A stretch of 60,000 nt of DNA from Malacoraja senta (Eukaryota): NCBI GenBank assembly GCA_038087875.1, contig CM075989.1, forward strand, positions 23,934,001 to 23,994,000. The letters run 5' to 3'. Shown in pieces: positions 1 to 14,511 of this stretch. The notes under the pieces are model-generated. The model worked only from the letters and a program-made list of their open reading frames with translations, was not told where the DNA came from and made no database searches. The position numbers and the translations under genes are program-made. The stretch's first letter is position 1. Every line of letters starts with the position of its first letter.

Positions 1-198
1 GAGAAAAGGAATAGGCGACATTTCGGGTCGAGACCCATCTTCAGACTGATGTCGGCGGGGGGAGGTGGGGGGGGTGGGAAAATGAAAGGAAGGGGCGGAG
101 ACAGTAAGCTTTGTGGGAGAGCTGGGAAGGGGAAGGAGGGAGAAAGCAAGGACTACCTGAAATTAGAGAAGTCGATGTTCATACCGCTGGGGTGTAAA
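1..198 (-). mobile_element. Penelope-like element 3' fragment (end of ORF + 3' UTR + degenerate hammerhead motif)
   Basis: Reverse strand matches the ...[12 protein letters not shown] end and tail seen at 58540-59140 and 29055-29524. Confidence 0.75.
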
Positions 199-636
199 GG
201 ATAGTCCGTGGGTCACCAATGAGGTAGATAGTAGTTCAGGACTTCTCTCTGGTTGTGGTAGGATGACATTCTGGTTGGTTGGACAGAAAATGGGAAATTA
301 TATTAAATCTGGAGATATGTGAGTTAATGCTTCTGAAAGAATGGAATGGGACAAGGGACACATGGCAATAAACTAAACTAAACTAAACTGAACTACGGCA
401 TGGTGTCCTGTTGCTCTCTGTGTGAAGGTGTTGAGCTGCCCCCATGTGGCAGGGATCTGATCCCCAGTTGGGTCAAATGAGATCACGTGGATGAGCTCAG
501 ACTTTGTGTAGTCAGACGCAAAACGCTGGAGTAACTCAGTGGGTCAGGCAGCATCGCTGGAGAACATGGATAGGTGATGTTTCAGAGTGCTGGAGTAACT
601 CAGCAGGTCAGGCAGGATCTCTGGGGAACATGGGCA

Positions 637-905
637 GGTGACCACGCCTTTGCGGTTGCAGCTCCTAGACTGTGGAACAGCATCCCCCTTCCCATCAGAA
701 CTGCCCCCTCCATCGACTCCATTAAGTCAAGACTAAAAACCTATCTATACTCCCAAGCCTTTCTTGACATCCTCTGAGCGAGGGCTATATGTATATATGT
801 ATGTAATTTGTTTGTTTATACTATTCTTATAACAAATGTAAAGCACTTTGGCCAACGAGAGTTGTTTTTTAAATGTGCTATATAAATAAATGTGACTTGA
901 CTTGA
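637..905 (+). mobile_element. L2-clade LINE 3' end
   Basis: Translates DHAFAVAAPRLWNSIPLPIRTAPSIDSIKSRLKTYLYSQAF*, typical of the L2 ORF2 C-terminus. Followed by a tail with AATAAA and (gactt)n. Confidence 0.75.
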
Positions 906-2317
906 CTTTTCGGGTCAAAACCCTTCATCAGACTGGACTTTGAATGGAGATGGTGCATTGCCGACGCACTCAGTGGGGGTGGGGAGAGTAGAGTCACTCC
1001 CAGCCCTTACCATGAAGTGTTTGTGGCATCCTGCATGCAGCACGCTGGGGGAAGGTGGAGGTGAACACTGCTCGCCATATGCATTAGGCCAGACATCGCT
1101 AACCGCATACTGGTCGACCCTGCCTGCATCCTCGTTAGCCTCCTACACATGTTATCTACACTTATGCTTCCAACATACTAGGGGCAATTTACAGAAGCCA
1201 ATCAACCTACAAACCTGTACATCTTTAGAGTGTGGGAGAAAACCGGAGCACCCGGAGAAAACCCACGCAGGTCACGGGGAGAACATACAAACTCCATACA
1301 GACAGCACCCATAGTCAGGATCGAACCCGTGACTCTGACGCTGTGAGGCAGCAACTCTACCGCTGCGCCACTGTGCCATCCCAGTTGTTGTTGTCACTGT
1401 GCTGACCCACACGGCTCATGTGTAAATTCCATATTCTATTATAATGGCTTAAATATTTCACATTGCTTCATCATCTTTTTTATCCGAGTTTAAAACAAGA
1501 GAAGAGGAAGATTGCAGTTTAGTTTAGAGATACAGCGCAGAAACAGGCCCTTCGGCCCACCGAGTCCGTGCTGACCAGCAATCCCCGCACACTAACACTA
1601 TCCTACACACACTAGGGACAATTTACAATTATACCAAGCCAATTAGCCTACAAACCTGCACACCTTTGGAGTGTGGGAGGAAACCGGAGATCCTGGAGAA
1701 AACCTACGCAGGTCACGGGAGAACATACAAACTCCGTACATTTGTGCCATAGAATTAATAGTCTTATAACATGACAACTCCATGGGGTGGGAGATTGCAA
1801 CCTTCATGTGGTCCCCCCTGTTTCGACTAATGCACTCAACCCGATGTGCACAAACAAATAGATCCAATAGAACAAGTTGACCTGCAACGTTAGGCTGTGC
1901 ATGCCACACGCAAGAAGAAGACAAGTCCATGAAAATTAATATCTGTTAAACAAACCGCTGCTTTAACAACCTGGCATTGGCCAACTGCTGGGAAGAGTAC
2001 TTGAAGATTAGGACCTCCTTAGCCTCATTGTTCCTTGAATTCCTCTGAGTCACAAGCGGAGCGAGCCGCCCTCGATCCCGGGAGGATGCTGTGGAGACTA
2101 TTTCCCTAAAATACAAGACACTGCCCAGGAATTGCTGATCAACAAAAGCAGAGCAAATGAAAAAATAATGCAAAATACAGCAAATGCTATAAACATCTGA
2201 ATGAAGCAGTCAGCAGGTCAGGCAGTATCTGCTCCCTTCCACACAGCAGTTTTAGTTGGTTGGACAATAATTGTACTTCATTTAGAATTCACTCGCAATG
2301 ATCTCGGATGAAACTAT

Positions 2318-2656
2318 TGTAGAGGCACCAAATGTCGTGAAGAAACGGTTTCTTTATTCGGGCATTATAGGTTAGATATACATGCACGTTTAGTCCTCTA
2401 ACACAAAAGTCATTCTTGCTGCTGCGAGGCTGTTGCCTCGTGGGCTCCAGCTGAGCACTTGCTGAGGTGGCAGAACACTCACCCAAAGAGAGAAGAGGAA
2501 GAGAGAGAGGGAAGGTTGTTCCGGAGTTCATTATATACTAGGGCACACCCCTATACCCCGTGACAACTCCTCCCCGCCATTGCCCAGTCACTTGATCTTA
2601 CCCCCGACTGCCAAGGGTTCGCATAGCAAGTGGCCCAACCACCGGGTGCCACCACA
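2318..2656 (-). mobile_element. Probable solo LTR (Gypsy-like)
   Basis: TG...CA ends with a 10/12 inverted repeat (TGTAGAGGCACC / GGTGCCACCACA). On the minus strand TATATAA (2531-2537) precedes AATAAA (2353-2358) in U3-R-U5 order. No clean TSD. Confidence 0.55.
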
Positions 2657-2976
2657 CTGGTTTAATAAAAGCACAATTTAGTGTAACAGAACATTGCTTT
2701 AGTTGTTGTTACTATTTAGTAGTGTTCTTTCATTGATTTCTATTGACTCGATTTGGAGCAATGGGTGTCACGGAAGTACAGCTGATAGAGCCACTGCCTA
2801 GAGACTTGTGCTTAATCTGTCATTGCCTGATGTCCGTCTGCCTTTTTCATGTTCTCCCTATGACCAAGTGGACTTCCTCCAGCTGCTCCAGTTCCCCAGT
2901 CCAAACGCAGGTAGTTTTTTTTTATTAGAGACACAGTGTGGAAACAGGCCTTATGACCCACTGAGTCCACAATGAC

Positions 2977-3164
2977 GGTACACAAAAATACTGGAGAAAC
3001 TCAGCGGGTGCAGCAGCATCTATGGAGCGAAGGAAATAGGCAACGTTTCGTCCCGAAACGTTGCCTATTTCCTTCGCTCCATAGATGCTGCTGCACCCGC
3101 TGAGTTTCTCCAGCATTTTTGTGTACCTTCAATTTTCCAGCATCTGCAGTTCCTTCTTTAACAC
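2977..3164. mobile_element. Penelope-tail fold-back insertion nested in a SINE tail
   Basis: Head-to-head inverted arms flanked by gagtccacaatgac (2963-2976) and gagtccacactgac (3165-3178). Confidence 0.75.
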
Positions 3165-3341
3165 GAGTCCACACTGACCATCGGTCACCAATACACTAGA
3201 GGGCCATAAACTTCAAATAAGTTCACCTTAAACTTGTGTCCTCTAGTTCTTGATTCGCCAACCCTGGTGAAAAGACAATGTGCATTCATCCTATCTACGC
3301 CCCTCATGAATTTATACACTTCTTTAAAGATCACTTCTGGA

Positions 3342-3660
3342 GGTCACGGTGGCGCAGCGGTAGAATTGCTCCCTTACAGCGAATGCAACGCCGGAGACCC
3401 GGGTTCGATCCCGACTACGGGTGCTGTCTGTACAGAGTTTGTACGTTCTCCCCGTGACCTGCGTGGGTTTTCTCTGAGATCTTCGGTTACCTCCCACACT
3501 CCAAAGACGTACAGGTTTGTAGGTTAACTGGCTTGGTAAATGTAAAAAATTGTCCCTAGTGGGTTGGATGGTGTTAATGTGCGGGGATCGCTGGACGTCG
3601 CGGACCTGCTGGGCCGAAGGGCCTGTTTCCGCGCTGTATCTCTAAACTAAACTAAACTAA
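3342..3660 (+). mobile_element. tRNA-derived SINE (HE1/V-SINE type), full length
   Basis: A box TGGCGCAGCGGTAG, B box GGGTTCGATCC, conserved central block, and LINE-like tail ...gggccgaagggcctgtttcc...(taaac)n. Confidence 0.85.
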
Positions 3661-4536
3661 GAATCAGAGGGGAAACATTGCCACGTTGAGGGTGGTACGT
3701 ATGTTGAGTAAGTTACCAGAGAGAGTGCGTGAGGCAGGTACAATAACATTTAAAAGATATTTCCCCAGGTACCCGGACACAGGCATGTTTTGGAGAGGGA
3801 TGAGGTCAAATGCGGGCAGTTGGGACAAAGCTTTGAGCATCTTTGTCGACATTGAAGGACTTGTTTTTGTGCAAAAACGTTTCACTGAACCTTGATACAC
3901 GGGACAATAAACTGAACTGAACTGTACTGTTTGACTGTGTGACTAACTTTCTAAAACCAACAATCGTGAGTCCATTACTTGGATGGAAGGGCGAGGATCA
4001 TCTCTCTCAATGCTTGGTTCGGATTTCTTAACATCGATTTTGTGCAAACCGATTTTCAGCACTTTTTGGTCTTCATTGAACAGCAGCTGAATGTGTTCGC
4101 CTGCTGCTGGCTCAGTGACTGGCTCAAGGCTGCGGTGATCAAGGGCAGCTCATGAAATTGTCGCAGACACAGCTGCCTTTCTCAGTACTGGCACTAACAT
4201 AAATTCCCAATGTTTATCATGAAAAATCTCATTTATTGCAAAACTGTTAGGATTAACAAGAACAGAAATTGGTCATTCAGCCCCTTGAGACCTCAGCAAT
4301 GCAATTAAAACCATGGTTGACTGCACTTTTATAACCATTTCCTGCCTTTGATTCATATTTATGCTTATCTAATATGTATCTAAGTGCTTATGTACAGTGA
4401 TACTTGTACCGAACTGCATACACAAATGAATTTCACTGTACCTCTGTACATGTGACAATCAAGTACCAGATCATGTTGCATGCTGATATTGTATAGCGAA
4501 TATTATACAATTATTTGACGTGTGTATATATGTATA

Positions 4537-5048
<512 letters not shown>

Positions 5049-5289
5049 CCCGAGTCCTCAGCCCATACTGTGCGGCCGTGGCCCCATACCAATATCGCAA
5101 TGATCATTGTCTTTTTGAACAGTAAACTGTGCAATCTCCTGTGTTCTTTCTGTGTAATAAATTCCTCTTTAATCTGCAGCTTCTCAGCCACATGCCTGGC
5201 TGTGTCTTGCCTCCTCCTTCTCATTTTTAACTTAGGACAACATGACTCTTCTTCAAGTCAAGTCAAGTCAAGTGAGTTTATTGTCATGT

Positions 5290-5489
5290 NNNNNNNNNNN
5301 NNNNNNNNNNNNNNNNNNNNNNNNNNNNNNNNNNNNNNNNNNNNNNNNNNNNNNNNNNNNNNNNNNNNNNNNNNNNNNNNNNNNNNNNNNNNNNNNNNNN
5401 NNNNNNNNNNNNNNNNNNNNNNNNNNNNNNNNNNNNNNNNNNNNNNNNNNNNNNNNNNNNNNNNNNNNNNNNNNNNNNNNNNNNNNNNN
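5290..5489. other. Assembly gap (200 N)
   Basis: Run of exactly 200 N, likely a placeholder of unknown true size. Confidence 0.99.
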
Positions 5490-5874
5490 GCTCTGACATG
5501 CACTGTCAACTGTGGGACCTTATATAGACAGGTGTGTTCCTTTCCAATCATGTCCAATCAATTTAATTTACCACTGGTGGACCAATCAAGTTGTAGAAAC
5601 ATCTCAAGGATAATCAGTGGAAGCAGGATGAACCTAAGTTCAATTTTGAGTGTCAGCAAAGGGTCAGAATACTTATGTAAATGTGATATTTCAGTTATTT
5701 ATTTTTTAATTACTTTGCAAAAATTTCTAAACATCTGTTTTTGCTTCTTCATTCTGGGATATTGTGGGTAGATTGATGATTACAAAAAATGAATTTAATC
5801 CATTTTAAAATAGGGCTGTAATGTTACAAAATGTGGAAAAATTGAAGGGGTCAGAATACTTTCTGAATGCACTG
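5490..5874 (-). mobile_element. Tc1-family DNA transposon end (IR/DR type), probably the 5' end with its UTR, truncated by the gap
   Basis: Minus strand starts CAGTGCATTCAGAAAGTATTCTGACCCC next to a TA target (5875-5876). The direct repeat gggtcagaatactt occurs at ~5661 and ~5848, about 190 bp apart. There is a TATATAA on the minus strand at ~5520. Confidence 0.8.
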
Positions 5875-6997
<1,123 letters not shown>

Positions 6998-7329
6998 TTG
7001 AAACATGAATCTTATGCATGAAGGACGGGTCAAACGCTGCTCCATCGGTTTAGTTGATCGATTTTAAAACCAGGAATTAGCTGCAAATGTTCTCCGTTAA
7101 GGTGTGCTGTTGTATTTAGACTTGTTCAATAGTTAAAGCAGAGTACATGACGAACTATCTGAAAGAGGATCATGTCACATTACTGGTAGGTAAAGCAAAA
7201 TTAATCAAAAGTGTGGATGGAGAATTTTTGAAGCAGTGGGAAGTCAATGTTGTTGTGATCAATGTAATACATCAATTACCATGGGGACTGACTCCTGATC
7301 GGGAATGTTTCTGTTAATAATATCCCAAC

Positions 7330-8480
7330 GTTTTAGAGACATTTGGACAGGTACATGGATACAAAATTCTTGGAGGGATATGGGCCAAATGCAAGCAGGT
7401 GGGCATGGAGGAGGTTGTCAAGAATGATCCCAGGAATGAGTGGGTTAGCCTATGATGAGCGTTTGTCGGCACTGGGCCTGTAATCGCTGGAGTTTAGAAG
7501 GATGAGGGAGGACCTAATTGAGTGTTGGGCCTGCAGCATCAACATCGCGGAGCTGTGGTTCGTAGAGCTCCCAGCGCGGGCGGCGCTGACTTCAACATCG
7601 CGGAGTCCTGGGATCCCTTTGCCGAGGGCCGCCAGCGTGAATCTCCGCCCAGCGCGGCCCAGTGGACTCCAGGAGCCGCGGACTCTGGTAGGAAGTGACT
7701 GATTCGGAGGTCCAAGCCGCTGAGGTTGTTCTCCCGTTCCGACGTCGGAGTTCCACCATCCCGGCGAGCGGGCCTGAGCATCGGGCCGCCCGTAGCGGCG
7801 ACTGCAGAAGGCTCGGGAGGCCCCGACCAAGGGTGAACATCAAGAACATCAGAGGAAGATGAGTGAACTTTGGTGCCTTCCCTCACAGTGGGAAACTTTG
7901 ATTCTGCTGTGTGGGGATGTTTTATGTTGGACTCTATCCTGTGTGGTGTTCTATTATTCTATGGCTGTACGGTGAACACACACTTCACTGTACTAACTGG
8001 TACATGTGACAAATAGATGTATCTTGTATCTTGAAACATATAGAATAGTGAAAGGCTTGGATAGAGTGGATGTGGAGAGGATGTTTCCATTTGTGGGAGA
8101 CTCTGGGACCAGAGGTTACAGCCTCAGAATTAAAGGACGTTCTTTTAGGAGGGAGATGGGGAGAGATTTCTGCAGTCAGAGGGTGGCGAATCTGTGGAAT
8201 TCTTTGCCACAGAAGGCTGTGGAGGCCAAGTCAGTGGATATTTTAAAGGCAGAGAAAGATAGATTCTTGATTAGTACAGGTGTCAGAAGTTATGGGGAGA
8301 AGGCAGAAAATGGATTAAGGAGGGAGAGATAGATCAGCAATGATTGAATGGAGGAGTAGACTTGATGGGCCGAATGGCCTAATTCTACACCAATTCCTTT
8401 TGACAATGTAGATGGGACATGCTGGTCGGTGTGGGCAAGTTGGGCCGAAGGGCCTGTTTCTACACAGTATCATTCTATAC
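7330..8480 (+). mobile_element. CR1/HER1-type LINE 3' fragments interrupted by a GC-rich insertion (~7520-8030)
   Basis: ...YSLEFRRMR.DLIE at ~7480-7520 resumes as ETYRIVKGLDRVDVERMFP...RVANLWNSLP at 8033, then the CR1 tail. Confidence 0.8.
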
Positions 8481-8821
8481 TTTAATGATCATGTATCACA
8501 TTTTCATAAGCCACAAGCCTTTTTTTACATATATCAGAATAGACTTCTTTTACAAAGGCCACCTTTATATTGAAAAATATGATTAGTTTGCAATGTTTTT
8601 TCTTTATAAACAATTGAATGGTTGGCAGTTCTTTAGTTCAAGGGCAGTGAGATATTGGAGTTTTAGTTTGCATTCCTCAATCTTGTTCTGAATAACTAAT
8701 GTGTTTTAAATAGGAGGGAAGTGTGGACATCGAACAGTACAGCATAGCAACAGGCCCTTCGGCCCACAATGTATGTGCTGAAGTGGGAAATAAATTGGGA
8801 GAAAAGTGAAAGGCAAGTAGG

Positions 8822-9125
8822 GGAGGCACAGCGGTGCAGCGGTAGAGTTGGTGCCTCACAGCGGCAGGGACCCAGGTTCGATCCTGACCTCGGGTGCTGT
8901 CTGTGTGGAGTTTGAACATTTTCACTGTAGGTTTTCTCTGGGAGCTCCAGTTTCCATGCAGGTTTCTAGGTTAATTGGCCTCTGTAAATTGCCACTAGTG
9001 TGTAGGGAGTGGATGTGAACATGGGATAACATAGAACTAGTGTGAACGGTTGTTGGATGGTTGGCATGGATTCTGATGGCCGAAGGGCCTGTATCTGTGC
9101 TGTATCTTTCAATCGATCAATGAAT
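8822..9125 (+). mobile_element. tRNA-derived SINE (HE1/V-SINE type), diverged
   Basis: A and B boxes plus the family tail. Confidence 0.75.
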
Positions 9126-9206
9126 TAATTAATCACGGGTTGGAATGAGCAAAAATGATCTTTGTCTTTCCTTTTATTGTACATTGCATGATCCACATTT
9201 AAACAT

Positions 9207-9413
9207 GAAGACAGACACAAAATGCTGGGGTAACTCAGCGGGACAGGCAGCATCTCTGGAGAGAAGGAATGGGTGACGTTTCAGGTCGAGACCCTTCTTC
9301 CACCCGAAATGTCACCCATTCCTTCTCTCCAGAGATGCCGCCTGTCCCGCTGAATTAAGCCAGCATTTTGTGTCTGTCTTCGGTGTAAACCAGCATCTGC
9401 AGTTCTTTCCTCA
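9207..9413. mobile_element. Penelope-tail fold-back insertion
   Basis: ~75-80 bp inverted arms plus 3' tail. Flanks acatttaaacatg / acatttaaaaatg. Confidence 0.75.
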
Positions 9414-9840
9414 ACATTTAAAAATGTCAGTTTAACTTCCTGGGAGAATATCCTTATACAAATAATGTCTGATCCCAAATAATAAACAGATATTTAAGAA
9501 ACATCATAAACATAGACCCTTCGACCCATGATGTCTATGCCAAACATAATGCCAGCTTAGACTAATCTCCTCTGCCCTGCATGTCATCCATATCCCTCCA
9601 TTCCTTGCACATCCATGCGCCTATCTAAAAGCCTCTTAAATTTTACGATTGCACCGGCCTCAGCCACCCCCACCACCCCTGAAGCACTACCTGAAGCATG
9701 TTCCAAGTGCTCCCACTCTTTGTGAAACTAAACTTGCTCCAAACATCTCCTTTAAACTTTTCCCATCTGACCTTAAAGCTATCACCTCTGGCAATTGACA
9801 TTTTCACACTTGGAAAAAAGATTCAGTTGCCTGCCCTCAG

Positions 9841-10535
9841 GGGGGCAGCACGGTGGCGCAGCGGTAGAGTTGATGCCTTGCAGCACCAGAGACCCGGGTT
9901 CCATCCTGACTACGGGCGCTGTCTCTATGGAGTTTGTACATTTTCCCAGTGACCGTGGGTTTTCTCCAGGTGCTCTGGTTTCCTCCCACATTCCAAAGAC
10001 GTGCAGGTTATTTGGCTTCTGTTAGGATAGTGCCAGTGTACGGGTTGTCTCTGGTTGGTGCAGACTCACTGGGCCGAAGGGCCTGTTTCCACGCTCCTTG
10101 CCTGAAGTGTATGACTATATCAAATCCCCACTCAGCACTCAGAACAATCCAAGTTTCTCCAACCTCTCCAAGGCACCCATATCTTTCCTATAATGTGATG
10201 ATCAGAACTAACCAAAGTTTTATAGAGCTACAACATGGGCCGTCGCGGTTGCTGCCTTAAGGCGCTGGCAGCGCTGGAAACACTGGTTCGATCCTGACTA
10301 TGGGTGCTGTCCGTACAGAGTTTGTACGTTCTCCCCGTGACCTGCGTGGGTATTCCTTGAGTTCTTCCCACACTCCAAAGACGCGCAGGTTTGTAGGTTA
10401 ATAGGCTTGGTGTATGTGTAAATTGTCCCTAGTGTGTGTAGGATAGTGTTAGTGTGCGGGGATCGCTGGTCGGTGCGGACTCGGTGGGCCGAAGGGCCTG
10501 TTTCCGTGCTTGTTTCTCTAAACTAAACTAAAGTA
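9841..10535 (+). mobile_element. Two tRNA-derived SINE copies (~9841-10105 and ~10240-10535) nested in a minus-strand CR1 remnant
   Basis: SINE heads and tails are recognisable, and CR1-like sequence flanks both sides. Confidence 0.75.
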
Positions 10536-11498
10536 AACATGACATTGCATCTTTGTCCTGACTGATGAAGTAAACATGACATTGCATACTCAATGTCCTG
10601 ACTGATGAAGGCAAGCAGACTATTCATCTTCTTTACCACTCTACATGTATCTATACACTGTAAATGGATCGATTGTAATCATGTATTGTTTTTCCACTGA
10701 CTGACAAAAGCTTTTCACTGTACCTCGGTACACATGACAATAAACTAAACTGAACTAAATGTGTTGCTACTTCCATGGATCTCAACATTACTGTTCGGTG
10801 TCCTGTATATCTTCCCCTTACATTTGGCCTCCAAAGAGCAACACTTCACATTTGCCCGGATTAAATTCCATCTACCATTGCACTGTCTATATCGGTAACC
10901 GATCTATTTCCTGCTGCATCCTTTGACAGCCATCGGTACTACAGCCAGCTCCACCAATTATTCCATCGTCTGCAAATGTATAAACCAATCCAGGGACTCG
11001 ACCCGAAACGTCACCCATTCCTTCTCTCCTGAGATGCTGCCTGTCCCGCTGAGTTCCTCCAGCACTTTGTGTCTACGGCTTAACCCAGCATCTGCAGTTC
11101 CTTCCGACTATTATTTGTTTGCTGTTATTTGTAACTAGCGTGCAGACCTCCAGGATGTTCCGTGCTTCGTGAAGTATTCGCCAAAGTCGTCACTGGACCT
11201 ACGTTACGGTGTTCCCCGTGTGAAACATTGTGAGCAGGTGGTGTGGACCCTCACCTGGAGATTCCCATGCCTGTTATTTGGCATCCCGATCTGGGAACGC
11301 CACACTGGGCATAAACCTTGGAGCGCCGTCGCAACAGATGGGCTGCCCTGCTTGAACAGGGCAACTTGCCACCCCCGTCCCTCTCAAGGGCAACTAGGGA
11401 AGGACATGAACAAGGGCCCTTGCCAGCAACATCCACACGCTGAAAAATATCATTAATTCAAAACACAAACAACCAATAAATAAACAAAGCCATTTGCC

Positions 11499-11812
11499 GG
11501 CGTCTCGGTGGCACAGCGGTAGAGTTGTTGCCTTACAGCGCCAGAGACCCGGGTTCGATCTCAACTACGGGCGCTGTCTGTACGGAGTTTGTACGTTCTC
11601 CCCGTGACAGCGTGGGCTTTCTCCGAGGCATTCGGGTTCCTCGCACACTCCAAAGACGTACGGGTTTGTAGGTTAATTGGCTTGGTATAAATGTAAAATT
11701 GTGCCTAGTGTGTGTGGGATGGTGTTAGTGTGTGGGGATCGCTGGTCGGTGCGGACTCGGTGGGCCGAAGGACCTGTTTCTGCGCAGTATCTCTAAACTA
11801 AACTAAACTAAA
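11499..11812 (+). mobile_element. tRNA-derived SINE (HE1/V-SINE type), full length
   Basis: A box, B box, core and (taaac)n tail. Confidence 0.85.
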
Positions 11813-12121
11813 TAAATGTATTTGAGGTTGGCAGAAGTGTCAGGTACATGACAGTCTCACCTGGAAGGGATGTTTCTGGGCCATCCATCATCTTATCTTG
11901 TATTTATGATGATACAGATGACAACCATTCAGTCCATCAGGTCAATGCCAGCTCCCAGAAGAACAATCATTAGTTCATCTTCATAAGCCATGGGGGTAGA
12001 ATTTGGCCATTTGGGCCGAAGGGCCTGTTTATGTGCTGTATAAAACGATGAATCTAATTATTTACAAAAAATAATTGTGTCAGCCCTCAGCTTTCTTTGC
12101 TGAAATGTTTATTGTCACACT

Positions 12122-12291
12122 ACTAGGTAGGCAAAAATGCTGGTGGAACTCAGCGGGTAGGCAGCATCTATGTAGAGAAGGAATAGGCGACGTTTCGGTT
12201 CTCTACCTAGATGCTGCCTCACCCACTGAGTTCCTCCAGCTTTTTTCGTCTACCTTCGATTTTTCCAGCATCTGCAGTTCCTTCTTAAACA
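12122..12291. mobile_element. Penelope-tail fold-back insertion with perfect 14-bp TSD
   Basis: tttattgtcacact at 12108-12121 and 12292-12305, with inverted arms between them. Confidence 0.8.
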
Positions 12292-13235
12292 TTTATTGTC
12301 ACACTCGTAAGTTTTTTTCTGCACCCTCTCTATACCATTTTTCAAATTGAACCTGTGAGCTGTTATGATCTGGAGTGGACCATGTGGAGGGGAAGTAAAT
12401 TGACTAGGAATTGGCTAAATGCAATTTGGATATAACTAGGAGAGGGTATCGAGTGTGCATGCCAGTGGGAATGTTATGGGTCCAGACTAACTTCTTTCAA
12501 GTGGCTAGCAGAAGCAAAATGGCCTGAATGGTTCCCCTTGATTTGCAAGATGTGCGAGCCAAAAGATGCCTTGATCTTGAGACAGTTTCATCCAAGAATC
12601 CTACTGGGTAGTTCCCTATTTCAATGTGATTTATCAATTGACAGGTCAGGGTATAGCACGGAAACAGGCCCTTCGGCCCACCGAGTCTGCGCCGACCTGC
12701 GATCCCCGCACACGAGCACTATCCTACACACACGAGGGACAATTTACAATTATACCAAGCCAATTAACCTACAAACCTGTACGTCTTATATGTGTAGCTT
12801 TATTGATTTTTTCCTTCAAAAATTCTTTCAAATATAAATGGTTAATTCCTCAGTTCCTTGCTTGTATTTTCAAGGATTGTGTTGCAAATATCTGTTTGCT
12901 CAGTAATTCTCACATCCTTTATCAGGCTACGCTGCAGAATTTCACACAAACTGTGTTAAGACTCGAATATAATGTTTAAAACAATTCAGTAAACCCGAAC
13001 ATTGGCAAAAACACTGATACACCCCCATTGCCACCACATTGCGGCGATAAGCGGCAGTCACTCACAACCTCCCTGACTTTTTTTATCAACCACTTCCTTT
13101 TGTCTACCTCTTCTTTTGAACCTTTGAACCATTTCTATGTATTTACACTTCCTGTCGAAGATTTTAGTTTGTATTCTGCCTTCATAATGTTCACCATTAA
13201 TCATTCTCTTTAAACGTACACTGAGCTGACTTTGG

Positions 13236-13512
13236 TGTACGAAAGAACTGCAGATGCTGGCTTAAATCGAATGTAGACACAAAATGCTGGAGTAACTCAG
13301 CGGGTGAGGCAGCATCTCTGGAGAGAAGGAATGGCCGACGTTTCGGGTCGAGACCCTTAACCGAAACGTCGCTCATTCCTTCTCTCCAGAGATGCTGCCT
13401 CACCCGCTGAGTTACTCCAGCATTAAGGGTCTCGACCCTAAACGTCGCCCATTCCTTCTCTCCAGAGATGCTGCCTTACCCGCTGAGTTACTCCAGCATT
13501 TTGTGTCTACCT
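13236..13512. mobile_element. Penelope-tail composite (one inverted + two tandem copies)
   Basis: A minus-strand tail is followed by two plus-strand aaacgtc...ccagcatt units. Confidence 0.75.
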
Positions 13513-13739
13513 CTGAGATTACTTCTGCTTTCTGACTTCCATATTAAAATATACATCCCTGCTTAATATTGTCACATCTCACAAAATTTCAGTTGCCTTG
13601 GAAATTGCCCTGTCACTGACGACTTTATAATGAATCAGTTTCAAAGGTCAAGCAATTAATATTATGGTCTTCCCCTCAAAGATTTACTCGATGCTCTTTT
13701 CTGATATTTTGTGTGAGGTCGATTACTGTGTGGAGAATT

Positions 13740-14018
13740 AAGGCATAAATCAGTTATTCGGCCCTTCGAGCCAGCACCGCTATTTGATATGATCATCGCT
13801 GATAATCCAGAATCAGTACCCCGTTCCTGCTTTCTCCCTATATTCCTTGATTCCGTTAGCCCTAAGAGCTCTTTCCAGCTCTCTCTTGAATACATCCAGT
13901 GAATTGGCCTCCACTGCCTTCTGTGGCAGAGAATTCCACAGATTCGCAACTCTCTGGGTGAAAAAGTTTTTCCTCATCTCAGTCATAAATGGCCGACCCC
14001 TTATTCTTAAACTGTGAC
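13740..14018 (-). mobile_element. CR1/HER1-type LINE 3' end
   Basis: ORF 13813..14025 [32 protein letters not shown]... Confidence 0.85.
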
Positions 14019-14511
14019 TGGGCAATCCAACACAGGAGGAAACTAATGGTCAGAGAAATAGCCTGAATATACCTTCTGTTTACTCAACTTGACATCAAAT
14101 ATGACACTGAAGTTAAAATAGGCTGAGATGATATTTAACAGGTGTTGGGAACTGGAGTCGTTTGAGAATGGAATTTATCTCAGGAACTGAAGACTATCTG
14201 CATTGGGTTGGTGGTATTCTAGGTCATGTTGCAGACCATGGTTTAGATCAGAGATGCAGCATGGAAACAGGCCCTTCAGCCCACCGGGTTCGCGCCGACC
14301 AACGATCCCCGCACACTAACACTATCCAACACACACTGGGACAAATTTTTACATTTACCAAGCCAATTAACCTACAGACCTGCATGTCTTTGGAGTGTGG
14401 GAGGAATCCGAAGATCTCGGAGAAAACCCACGCAGGTCACGGGGAGAACATACAAACCCAGTACAGACATCATCCGTTGTCGGGATCGAACTCGGGTCTC
14501 CGGCACTGCAA

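Noticed and set aside
3342..3425. tRNA genes suggested by A/B boxes
   Set aside because: These are SINE heads that continue into SINE core and tail. No complete cloverleaf or terminator.
10531..10612. Tandem duplication containing CTGATGA twice (hammerhead or C/D box?)
   Set aside because: No stem II-GAAA arrangement. It is a short duplication within a CR1 remnant.
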